Source of the DNA: Escherichia phage FL04 | Sequence record: PP358550 | Length of the DNA stretch: 64,000 nucleotides | Reading direction: 5' to 3' (one strand) | Shown here: piece after piece, positions 17,881 to 26,150 of the stretch | Layout: each line of letters opens with the position of its first letter | Numbering within the stretch: the stretch's first letter is position 1 | The notes under the pieces: generated by a model | What the model was told of the DNA's origin: nothing | The model's database searches: none | What the model saw: only the letters and a program-made list of their open reading frames with translations | Program-made: the position numbers and the translations under genes

Positions 17881-18168
17881 ATGACTTACGATGAACAGCA
17901 TGACCAGATTGCAGTGAATGAAGTAGACAAAGTACAAGCAGAACTAGAGGCTAAAGCCGCTAAGAAAGCGGAAAAGATCTTGCGTAAGAACTCGCGAGAG
18001 ATTGCACGCCTTAAGCGGTGGGCTGAACAAGCTATCATCGATGATAATCGTGATGCGTATATCTACGCTATCGGAAAGTTACGTGATATCTACAAACAGC
18101 CACACACGCCAGAACTGCTTTCTGCTATGTGGATTAGTACACGGCAAACGGTATTAAGTATGCTGTAA
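17881..18168 (+). CDS. hypothetical protein
   Basis: ORF, start abuts upstream stop. Confidence 0.5.
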   Translation: MTYDEQHDQIAVNEVDKVQAELEAKAAKKAEKILRKNSREIARLKRWAEQAIIDDNRDAYIYAIGKLRDIYKQPHTPELLSAMWISTRQTVLSML

Positions 18169-18258
18169 TGGCTTTATAAGGGAGACTCTGAAAGGGGTTT
18201 CCTTTTTTATTTTTCTGTGATATAGTGAGAGCATCGAAAACGAAGAGAGGAAGAGACT

Positions 18259-19284
18259 ATGAAAATTTTGCTTTTAGGTGATCTGCATACTGGTATCGGT
18301 GGCGATGATCCGTGGGTGCATGAGTATATTCTTGATACCATCAAGAAAGCGGTTGAATACTCCAAAGAGCATAATATTAAGACATGGATTCAAACAGGGG
18401 ATTGGTTTGATTGCCGAAAAGCAATTACCCATGAAACCATGAAATTTAACCGCACTAAGGTCATCCCGTTACTGGAAGAGGCTGGTATTACTTGTTATAT
18501 AACGGTCGGGAATCATGATATGTTTAAACGAAACAAGATCCAGCCTAACGCACCGCGTGAAGTGTTAAGCCAGTATGATTGCATTAAGGTTATCGATAAA
18601 CCGGAAACAGTCACCTTTGATGGTGTATCATTTGATCTGTTCCCGTGGTTTTGTGATGACAATAAATCAGAGATTTTAGAGTTTATTCAAAACTCATTCA
18701 GCGAATATTGTGTAGGCCATTGGGAATTGTCCGGTTACTATTTCTATAAAGGGCTAAAATCCGAAGGTTATAGCGCGGACTTCCTAAAGAAATACCGTGA
18801 AGTGTTTTCTGGTCACTTTCATACTATCAGCGATGGCGGTAATGTAACATATATTGGTACACCATACACACTAACGGCGGGTGACGAAAACGATCCGCGT
18901 GGGTTTTGGGTATTCGATACCGATACACACAAAAAAGAGTTTATCCAGAATGACAAAACTTATCATGTGCGTATCACTTACCCGTCAGATGATAAAATCG
19001 ATGTAGAACGCTTTAAGGGGCTTAGTGTGCGTCTTATTGCAACGGTTGCTGATAATGGGTTAACTAAGTTAGAAAGCGCGTTAGAGGCCGTTGTACACAA
19101 GCTAAAAGTGGTCCATAAACTGGAGAGTAGCGCATCACAGGAAACAGGTGTTATTGAAGTTAAAAGCACTATTCAGATGGTATATGAATATCTGGAAGAA
19201 CAAAACCTAGAACCGGAAGAACTTGCGGCGGTCAAGCGTATTTCTGATGAACTTTTAGCCGAAGTAAATAGCGCAAAAAGTTAG
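18259..19284 (+). CDS. 47: recombination endonuclease subunit gp47 (Mre11-like)
   Basis: Phosphoesterase motifs (GDLH, GNHD, GHFH) and strong similarity to T4 gp47. Confidence 0.95.
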   Translation: MKILLLGDLHTGIGGDDPWVHEYILDTIKKAVEYSKEHNIKTWIQTGDWFDCRKAITHETMKFNRTKVIPLLEEAGITCYITVGNHDMFKRNKIQPNAPREVLSQYDCIKVIDKPETVTFDGVSFDLFPWFCDDNKSEILEFIQNSFSEYCVGHWELSGYYFYKGLKSEGYSADFLKKYREVFSGHFHTISDGGNVTYIGTPYTLTAGDENDPRGFWVFDTDTHKKEFIQNDKTYHVRITYPSDDKIDVERFKGLSVRLIATVADNGLTKLESALEAVVHKLKVVHKLESSASQETGVIEVKSTIQMVYEYLEEQNLEPEELAAVKRISDELLAEVNSAKS

Positions 19285-19313
19285 TTGACGCGGGGAGAAA
19301 TCCCCGTTATACT
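19285..19313 (+). promoter_or_regulatory. sigma70-type promoter with CGGGGA-GAAA-TCCCCG palindrome in spacer
   Basis: TTGACG 19285-19290, spacer 17, TATACT 19308-19313. Confidence 0.55.
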
Positions 19314-19338
19314 CTCTAAAAATTGATTGGAGGTTGTT

Positions 19339-19590
19339 ATGATTACTAATGCACTGAAAGAAATCAACGAAGGTTTATCGAAATTCACTACGATCCATGT
19401 ATTTGAGGTTGTGCGAGATGGTCAGTATATGCTATCATTTCGATCTAACTATGGTTTGTGGACTCATGACGAAATCCCATTTGATCGTGAAAATATCACC
19501 AAAGAGGGGCTAACAAACATCGTATCCCGTAAGGTTGCTGATATTACCCAGAATGTTATTGCGCGTGGATCTATGGGGTCTGTACGATGA
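19339..19590 (+). CDS. hypothetical protein
   Basis: ATG 19339 after GGAGG. Confidence 0.5.
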   Translation: MITNALKEINEGLSKFTTIHVFEVVRDGQYMLSFRSNYGLWTHDEIPFDRENITKEGLTNIVSRKVADITQNVIARGSMGSVR

Positions 19591-19904
19591 AAACACTTGC
19601 ACAAAAGGTAATGGAATTTAATGAGGCATTGCCTATGTTTGCTCGACGTAAGGGGATCTCCGTTGATGTATGGTATTCCAAAGAGCATGAAGAAGTTCGG
19701 ATGATGGTCGAAAAGCGACTCACTGATACTACTGTTAAGTGTAAGTTTCGTTCTATTCCTCGCGCGGAAATAGAATTTGATGAAAGCTATTACTTTACGC
19801 TGCGTCATGTGCTGAAACAAGCAGTGGATGAACTTTTAGAAGACCTGAAACAATATGAGATTGAACGAGGAACATATTATGAATACGACTATGGTCGCGG
19901 CTGA
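19587..19904 (+). CDS. hypothetical protein
   Basis: ORF with stop/start overlap. Confidence 0.5.
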   Translation: MKTLAQKVMEFNEALPMFARRKGISVDVWYSKEHEEVRMMVEKRLTDTTVKCKFRSIPRAEIEFDESYYFTLRHVLKQAVDELLEDLKQYEIERGTYYEYDYGRG

Positions 19905-20439
19905 TTCTGATTTGTTGGTAATGGAACATTTTATTAAATTGGTGCACACATACACACTAAAACAATCATATTACAAGAATCCGATCTATGGCTATCTGAA
20001 AGCGAATATTGATCGGACAGTTGTTAAGATGTGGTATGATGACGGCTACCGTCGTTACCTTAAAATCATTAATCCAAAAGAGTTGATGATAACTATGGAT
20101 ATTGGCGACTTTGTAAAAGACAAAGTAGAATCCATTATTAAGAGTGTGGTTGGTGAATATAATCCGATTGTATATGGTGCTTTCGTCCAGTGGAAACAAT
20201 CCAGCAAATATTATTTTCCTAATACTCCATTGACGCTAACAGGTTGGGTCTCTGTCATGCATAGCGGGGTATTCCTGGAAGCGTCAGAGACGATGTATAA
20301 AGGGTATATTCTCCCACATCGACTGGTGAAGTGTGATTACCGCTTGACTGTAGGTGAATTTCGCGATATTCTGGAACAACAAGCGGAAGACCTGCAAGGT
20401 GAAATTGAAGAATTTTTAGAGGAACATAAACTAAAATGA
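19879..20439 (+). CDS. hypothetical protein
   Basis: ATG 19879 after GAGGAACATATT. Confidence 0.5.
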   Translation: MNTTMVAADSDLLVMEHFIKLVHTYTLKQSYYKNPIYGYLKANIDRTVVKMWYDDGYRRYLKIINPKELMITMDIGDFVKDKVESIIKSVVGEYNPIVYGAFVQWKQSSKYYFPNTPLTLTGWVSVMHSGVFLEASETMYKGYILPHRLVKCDYRLTVGEFRDILEQQAEDLQGEIEEFLEEHKLK

Positions 20440-20699
20440 TTCTATCGATGACCTACCTTAGACACAGGGTTATAGAAGGTCTTCGCGAATATCTGGCATT
20501 GAATAAAGGGATTTACATTGATCCCTTTATGACATATGATCCGGCGACACTGGATTATGTGATCATGTTGCCAGATCGCAGAGACACATTAGTTAAAGTG
20601 AAGGCGGCAAGTGTTTACAACATTGATGAAGATGTGTTAGCATTTAATATTATGGAATGTGTGATTGCGGAGTGGATTAATGGCAAAGTTAAATTTTAA
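20436..20699 (+). CDS. hypothetical protein
   Basis: ORF; overlaps gene 46 start. Confidence 0.45.
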   Translation: MILSMTYLRHRVIEGLREYLALNKGIYIDPFMTYDPATLDYVIMLPDRRDTLVKVKAASVYNIDEDVLAFNIMECVIAEWINGKVKF

Positions 20700-22362
20700 A
20701 ACCTTGCGCTATCAAAATATAATGAGCGTGGGTGCTGAACCTGTTGAGATTCAGCTAGACGGATTCAAAAAGACGCTAATCACTGGTGTTAACGGTGCTG
20801 GTAAATCAACAATGATCGAGGCGCTTTGCTTTGTGTTGTTCGGTAAACCGTTTCGTAGTATCAAGAAAGGCCAATTGATTAACAGCGTCAACAAAAAGAA
20901 ACTGTTAGTCGAAGTCTGGTTTGAACTGGACGGGAAAGAGTTTTATATCAAACGTGGTCAAAAGCCGGAAGTATTCGAAGTGCATCGCGACGGTCAAAAG
21001 ATCGACGAGAGCGCAAGCACCAAAGACTTTCAGGAATATTTTGAAGGTATCATAGGCATGAATCTAGCCAGCTTCAAACAGATCGTTGTTTTAGGCACTG
21101 CTGGTTATGTTCCGTTTATGAGTCTTCCGGCAGCGGGTCGCCGTAAACTGGTCGAGGATTTGCTTGATATTGCTACGCTAGGCGAAATGGATAAACTGAA
21201 TAAAGCGTATGTGCGAGAGATTACCCAGAATATCCAAATGCAGGAAATGAAAGCTAATCACGTTCAGCAACAAATCAACACTCATAAAAAGTACATAGAA
21301 GACGCTAGCAAGGCGAGTGCCGAGAATCTCCAGCGTTTACAGAATATGTATGATAAAGAGGTGGAATCGGCTAAAGCATTTAAAGCCGAAGAAACTCGCT
21401 TGACCGATGAGCTATTGGCTGTTGTTATGCCGGAAGATCCTAGCGCAGCATTGGCTAAAATTAATACTGCTATCGCACAGATTGGTGCGCAGATCCAGAA
21501 CTTTGACCGTGTTATCCATATGCACGAGAAAGGCGGGATCTGTCCTACGTGCACACAACCGATCATTCAGGGTAATGATCAGACTGTACGCGAACAAAAA
21601 GCACAAGCGGAACATAAACTGTCTCTGATTGACGAGAAACGCGTAGAATACGCCGAGAAAGCAAATTCTTTCCAGGCAGCACAAACTAAGGTCTTGGAAA
21701 TTAAACGCGCTATAGAGTCACAGAGAGCGAATTTAACGGCATCTGTAGGTCGGGCTAAACAGATCCAGAAAGCAATTCAGGAATTACAAAAAGAAAGGGT
21801 TGACAATTCCGAAGAACTTGCTAAACTGGAACACGAACTGGTAGAGATTACTAATGAAAAATCAAAGCTAGTTCTTGAAAAATATCACCGTGGATTTGTA
21901 ACAGAAATGTTGAAGGATTCCGGTGTTAAGGCGTCTATCGTCAAGAAATATATTCCATATTTCAATGATCGGATTGCGTATTATCTTGATATTATGGAAG
22001 CGGATTATATCTTTACGCTAGATGAAGAGTTTAACGAAACAATCAAATCACGGGGGCGTGAATCGTTTTCGTATACATCATTCAGTCAAGGCGAAAAGGC
22101 ACGTATTGACCTTGCGATGCTCTTTACATGGCGTGATGTTGCTGGTAAAGTATCTGGTACTAATATTTCTTTGTTGGTACTCGACGAAATTTATGATGGG
22201 GCTACGGACGTTCAGGGCGTAAAAGCACTTGATTCCATCATTGACAAGTTAGATGATAACGTGTATATTATCAGCCATCGTGACCATAACCCTGATGATT
22301 TTAGCCGTCATCTCAAGATGGTTAAACGTGGGCGATTCACTGAAATGAATGTTAACATTTGA
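20680..22362 (+). CDS. 46: recombination endonuclease subunit gp46 (Rad50/SbcC-like ATPase)
   Basis: Walker A GVNGAGKST, central coiled coil, C-terminal signature/Walker B; strong match to T4 gp46. Confidence 0.95.
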   Translation: MAKLNFKTLRYQNIMSVGAEPVEIQLDGFKKTLITGVNGAGKSTMIEALCFVLFGKPFRSIKKGQLINSVNKKKLLVEVWFELDGKEFYIKRGQKPEVFEVHRDGQKIDESASTKDFQEYFEGIIGMNLASFKQIVVLGTAGYVPFMSLPAAGRRKLVEDLLDIATLGEMDKLNKAYVREITQNIQMQEMKANHVQQQINTHKKYIEDASKASAENLQRLQNMYDKEVESAKAFKAEETRLTDELLAVVMPEDPSAALAKINTAIAQIGAQIQNFDRVIHMHEKGGICPTCTQPIIQGNDQTVREQKAQAEHKLSLIDEKRVEYAEKANSFQAAQTKVLEIKRAIESQRANLTASVGRAKQIQKAIQELQKERVDNSEELAKLEHELVEITNEKSKLVLEKYHRGFVTEMLKDSGVKASIVKKYIPYFNDRIAYYLDIMEADYIFTLDEEFNETIKSRGRESFSYTSFSQGEKARIDLAMLFTWRDVAGKVSGTNISLLVLDEIYDGATDVQGVKALDSIIDKLDDNVYIISHRDHNPDDFSRHLKMVKRGRFTEMNVNI

Positions 22363-22579
22363 CAGAGTAACGCAGCCGGAGTTAGAATTGTATACCTTAA
22401 TCAATCTATATTCCGGTGAAGAATATGTAGTTAGTATGGGGGACATGAAAAACAGCATATACAGCGATGCAGACATAACAAAAATGTTGTCTTGTCGTCA
22501 TCATGAGTTTATGCTGGTCCCCAAATTTGATAAACTTGATTACCCTGATGCTGGGGTTGCAACAAACTTTAGAACGTGA
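22349..22579 (+). CDS. hypothetical protein
   Basis: ORF overlapping gene 46 stop. Confidence 0.4.
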   Translation: MLTFDRVTQPELELYTLINLYSGEEYVVSMGDMKNSIYSDADITKMLSCRHHEFMLVPKFDKLDYPDAGVATNFRT

Positions 22580-22585
22580 TATACT
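22556..22585 (+). promoter_or_regulatory. candidate sigma70-type promoter
   Basis: TTGCAA 22556-22561, spacer 18, TGATATACT ending 22585. Confidence 0.35.
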
Positions 22586-22609
22586 GATTTTATTTTGGAG
22601 ATTAATATT

Positions 22610-22987
22610 ATGACTACTTCCGCAAACCTGGCTAAAATTACTGTAGCAGACATTCAGAACAAGAAAACCAGTCTCGAATTTGACCGAGCAATGAACAAGA
22701 TCCGTAAAGCGTGGGTACTACAAATGCCGGAAAGCGAGAAAGCTAAAATGAAGGTTATCCCGCAGCAAGCACGCTTTGAACTGTACGCGCATATTGATGA
22801 TATGGTGCAAAAAGAATGGATCGCGGCAATGCGCAAGTATTACGATGATTCAATTGCTAAAGGCGCTAAAACTATTCGAGGTAAAGATATTCTCGAAAAG
22901 GGTTATCAGATTGACACTGATGAACTGCTGATTGAAGCCGCTAGCGTAGTAGTAACTCGTCTGATCGCAATTGCTGATGGGAAGTGA
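22610..22987 (+). CDS. hypothetical protein (positional equivalent of T4 rpbA region)
   Basis: ATG 22610 after GGAG; lies between genes 46 and 45. Confidence 0.5.
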   Translation: MTTSANLAKITVADIQNKKTSLEFDRAMNKIRKAWVLQMPESEKAKMKVIPQQARFELYAHIDDMVQKEWIAAMRKYYDDSIAKGAKTIRGKDILEKGYQIDTDELLIEAASVVVTRLIAIADGK

Positions 22988-22991
22988 TAGA

Positions 22992-23369
22992 ATGAAACGT
23001 ATGAGCTTAAAAGAACAAATGCTATTCATCCTACAAAATCGTAAATTATGTCATATTCCGTTTGACTATATCAAAGATAATGATGTAATGAACTACCGTC
23101 ACGGGATAGAATGTATTGAGTGGTATTTTGTCCTAGATAAATTTGTTGATGATGTAATTCGTCGTAAACTTGCGTTTGATGTTCGTGGTGATCTGGTATA
23201 TCTCGACGGCAAAAAGACCGCAAAGAATCCTGTTACTGTCTATGCTCTGCAACAATACTTGACAGCTTACATTGGATTGAAGTATACTCACTCTTCCGAC
23301 AAGGAAGCCGAGAAAAAATTTATCGAAAGAATGCTAAAGATTCAAAACGAGCACGAAGTAAACCCATAA
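22992..23369 (+). CDS. hypothetical protein
   Basis: ATG 22992; between genes 46 and 45. Confidence 0.5.
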   Translation: MKRMSLKEQMLFILQNRKLCHIPFDYIKDNDVMNYRHGIECIEWYFVLDKFVDDVIRRKLAFDVRGDLVYLDGKKTAKNPVTVYALQQYLTAYIGLKYTHSSDKEAEKKFIERMLKIQNEHEVNP

Positions 23370-23399
23370 TTAATTGATTAACATGATAAAGGTGATTTG

Positions 23400-24086
23400 A
23401 TGAAACTGACTAAAGAAACCATTGCTACCCTGAAAAACTTTTCCGCTATTAACCCAGGTATCATCCTGAAAAAAGGAAACGTCCTGATCACCAAAAACAT
23501 GACAAACGTTGTATATGGTGAAGCGACTCTGAATCAAGAACTGGAACACGAAATTGGGATCTATGATCTTAACTCTTTCTTGGGTATTCTGAATCTGGTA
23601 GGCGATGAAGCAGATATTACGGTTGATAACCGCACCGGAAACATTCGTGTGTCTAATGATCGTCTGAAAATTAATTATCCTGGTGCTAGTGCTGCCGCTA
23701 TCGTATCACCGAAAGGCCGAGTTACTCCACCTGCAAGCGATGTAGATTACGAACTGAGCAACGACGATCTGAAACAGCTTATGAAAATGAGCAATCAGCT
23801 TAAAGTGGATCGCCTTGAATTTCTTCCGATTGATGGTCGTCTGATGATCAAAGGCTGGGAAGAGATTGACAAAAATAATCCGAATGAGATGTTTTGTCTT
23901 GATATGGGCGAATATACCGGAACCGCAGACTTCCATTTCTTTATTCGTAAAGATAACATGAAACTGGTTGCTACTGACTTCGGAGATTACAAACTGAGCT
24001 TCACTCGCCGTAAGGCTGTATGGCTGGCAAGTGAAACCGTATCTTATATGATCGCGTGTGACCTTGACTCCAGCTACACCGACTAA
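23400..24086 (+). CDS. 45: sliding clamp gp45
   Basis: Translation matches T4 gp45 (MKL.K.T.A.LKNF..IN.GI.LK...). Confidence 0.9.
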   Translation: MKLTKETIATLKNFSAINPGIILKKGNVLITKNMTNVVYGEATLNQELEHEIGIYDLNSFLGILNLVGDEADITVDNRTGNIRVSNDRLKINYPGASAAAIVSPKGRVTPPASDVDYELSNDDLKQLMKMSNQLKVDRLEFLPIDGRLMIKGWEEIDKNNPNEMFCLDMGEYTGTADFHFFIRKDNMKLVATDFGDYKLSFTRRKAVWLASETVSYMIACDLDSSYTD

Positions 24087-24092
24087 TATAAT
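24064..24092 (+). promoter_or_regulatory. sigma70-type promoter for gene 44, within the 3' end of gene 45
   Basis: TTGACT 24064-24069, spacer 17, TATAAT 24087-24092; followed by leader palindrome GGGGAGT-N6-ACTCCCC 24099-24118. Confidence 0.45.
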
Positions 24093-24151
24093 GTTTGTGG
24101 GGAGTGTAAATACTCCCCGTTTTAATGATGTAATTTGTGAGAGGTGATTAT

Positions 24152-25126
24152 ATGCTGAGTGTTAATGAAAATGAGTTTCAGTGGGAACAGAAATACCGTC
24201 CGAAATCAATTTCTGAATGTATTCTGCCGGAAGCAGATAAAAAGATCTTCGCGCAGATTGTTAAGCAAGGCCGAATCCCTTCTATGATCCTGCATAGCCC
24301 ATCGCCGGGTACTGGTAAAACAACCGTTGCTAAGGCGCTTTGCGAAGATGTGGGTGTTGATTATCTGTTTGTTAACGGCGCAGATTGTAAGATTGATTTT
24401 ATCCGCGATGAGATTACACGCTTTGCGCAGAGTGTATCACTCGATGAAGAAAAACGAGAAAAAGGCAAAGTTGTTATTATCGATGAGTATGACCGAGCGG
24501 GGCTAGCTGATGCTCAAAGACACTTGCGTAGTTTCTCTGAGGCATACTCAAACAACGTGACATTCATTATCACAGCAAACGATCTAGAAGGTATTATCCC
24601 AGCGTTACGATCTCGATTTGATCCCATCACGTTTGGATCTCCGACTAAAGATGATCAGCTTCGCATGATGAAAGAAATGATCGTCCGGTGTAAAGCAATT
24701 CTTGATAAAGAAGGTGTACCAGTAGAAGAAATGCGCGTATTAGCGGAACTGGTTAAACAGAACTTCCCAGACTTCCGACGCGTAATGAAACTTTTGGACC
24801 GCTACGCTAAACATGGTAAAATTGATGCTGGCGTATTGAGCATGGTTATCGAAAGTAGCAATACCGAAGTAACCGATGTGGTGGAAGCACTTAAAACTAA
24901 ACAGTTTGCTAATGTGCGTAAACTTGCACCGCGATATACCAATACATACGCTCAATTTGTCAAGAAACTTTATAATGAGTTGTATACTCAAGTTAAGCCA
25001 GCTTCTATTATTCGTCTGACCGAGATTATCGGTGAAAATAATCAGATGTTTGCGCACGCGGCTGATAAAGAGATTCACATTGTCTTTTTGTTAATGCAAT
25101 TAATGGTTGAATTGGAGTTCGTATAA
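24152..25126 (+). CDS. 44: clamp loader large subunit gp44 (AAA+ ATPase)
   Basis: Walker A SPSPGTGKTT, DEYD box; strong match to T4 gp44. Confidence 0.95.
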   Translation: MLSVNENEFQWEQKYRPKSISECILPEADKKIFAQIVKQGRIPSMILHSPSPGTGKTTVAKALCEDVGVDYLFVNGADCKIDFIRDEITRFAQSVSLDEEKREKGKVVIIDEYDRAGLADAQRHLRSFSEAYSNNVTFIITANDLEGIIPALRSRFDPITFGSPTKDDQLRMMKEMIVRCKAILDKEGVPVEEMRVLAELVKQNFPDFRRVMKLLDRYAKHGKIDAGVLSMVIESSNTEVTDVVEALKTKQFANVRKLAPRYTNTYAQFVKKLYNELYTQVKPASIIRLTEIIGENNQMFAHAADKEIHIVFLLMQLMVELEFV

Positions 25127-25704
25127 TGTTAGGTCAATTTTTCGGTGAAGATGATACACAATTAAACGAGCATGAAATTGCATGGCGCTCTCGTGATTGG
25201 GAAAAGGTGTCTGAATTAGCTGACACATTCACCGAGAAAACCGACAATGCATTATTTGCTCTGATGGATCATATCACCTTAGATAAACAGCGCGTTAATG
25301 TTGGGAACAATTCTGCATATAACCAGAGATGGATTAATACCGCTCTTTCCCAGCACGCAGATTGCCTATATAGCGCGTATGTGATGAATTTAATCGGTCA
25401 TGGCCTCCCAGATCAAATGCATTTTGATTATCTCTTACAGAGTATTTCTAAGGGGAAACGATACGGTAAATGGGCTAAACTAACAGAAGAATTGGACCAA
25501 AAATTGGTTTTAATGGCAGTGGCGAAAGCATATTGTGTAAATATGGATGACGCCCGGTTTTATCTCGATTTGGCTAATGAAAAGGGATATATGGACAAGT
25601 TATTGAAGCACATTAAACCGTATGCGACCGATGAACTTTTGGCGGGTGTTACTAAGAATCAGACAGAAAGGAAACGACTTAAAAAGATTATAGAAAGGTG
25701 GTAA
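25126..25704 (+). CDS. 62: clamp loader small subunit gp62
   Basis: Similarity to T4 gp62; ATG overlaps gp44 stop (TAATG). Confidence 0.9.
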   Translation: MLGQFFGEDDTQLNEHEIAWRSRDWEKVSELADTFTEKTDNALFALMDHITLDKQRVNVGNNSAYNQRWINTALSQHADCLYSAYVMNLIGHGLPDQMHFDYLLQSISKGKRYGKWAKLTEELDQKLVLMAVAKAYCVNMDDARFYLDLANEKGYMDKLLKHIKPYATDELLAGVTKNQTERKRLKKIIERW

Positions 25705-25705
25705 A

Positions 25706-26068
25706 ATGATTGAAATTAATTTGATTAGTCCTGAAAACTTCCTTAAAATTAAGGAGACTTTAACCCGCTGCGGCATTGCCAACAATCGAGACAAGACGCT
25801 GTATCAGTCTTGTCATATTCTCCAGAAGAAAGGGCGCTATTACATCGTTCATTTCAAGGAGTTGTTGAAATTAGATGGTCGTAGTGTTAAAATGACGTGG
25901 GAAGATGAATTACGCCGTAATAACATTGCAAAACTTCTGGCGCAGTGGAATCTGTGTACCCTGATTGATAGTGATTTTGAAACTACCGAAGTTAATAATT
26001 TCCGTGTATTGTCTTTCAAACAGAAAGAAGAGTGGACGCTGATCGAGAAATATCAGATCGGACGATAA
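25706..26068 (+). CDS. regA: translational repressor RegA
   Basis: Near-identical stretches to T4 RegA (LYQSCHILQKKG.YYIVHFKE). Confidence 0.9.
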   Translation: MIEINLISPENFLKIKETLTRCGIANNRDKTLYQSCHILQKKGRYYIVHFKELLKLDGRSVKMTWEDELRRNNIAKLLAQWNLCTLIDSDFETTEVNNFRVLSFKQKEEWTLIEKYQIGR

Positions 26069-26089
26069 GATACTGATGGGATAGGGGTA

Positions 26090-26118
26090 TTGACAAACTA
26101 AGTCGATTCCCCTATAAT
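26090..26118 (+). promoter_or_regulatory. sigma70-type promoter upstream of gene 43
   Basis: TTGACA 26090-26095, spacer 17, TATAAT 26113-26118. Confidence 0.6.
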
Positions 26119-26150
26119 GAGTGTCTTTCGTAAGTGAAGGAGTTTATATT

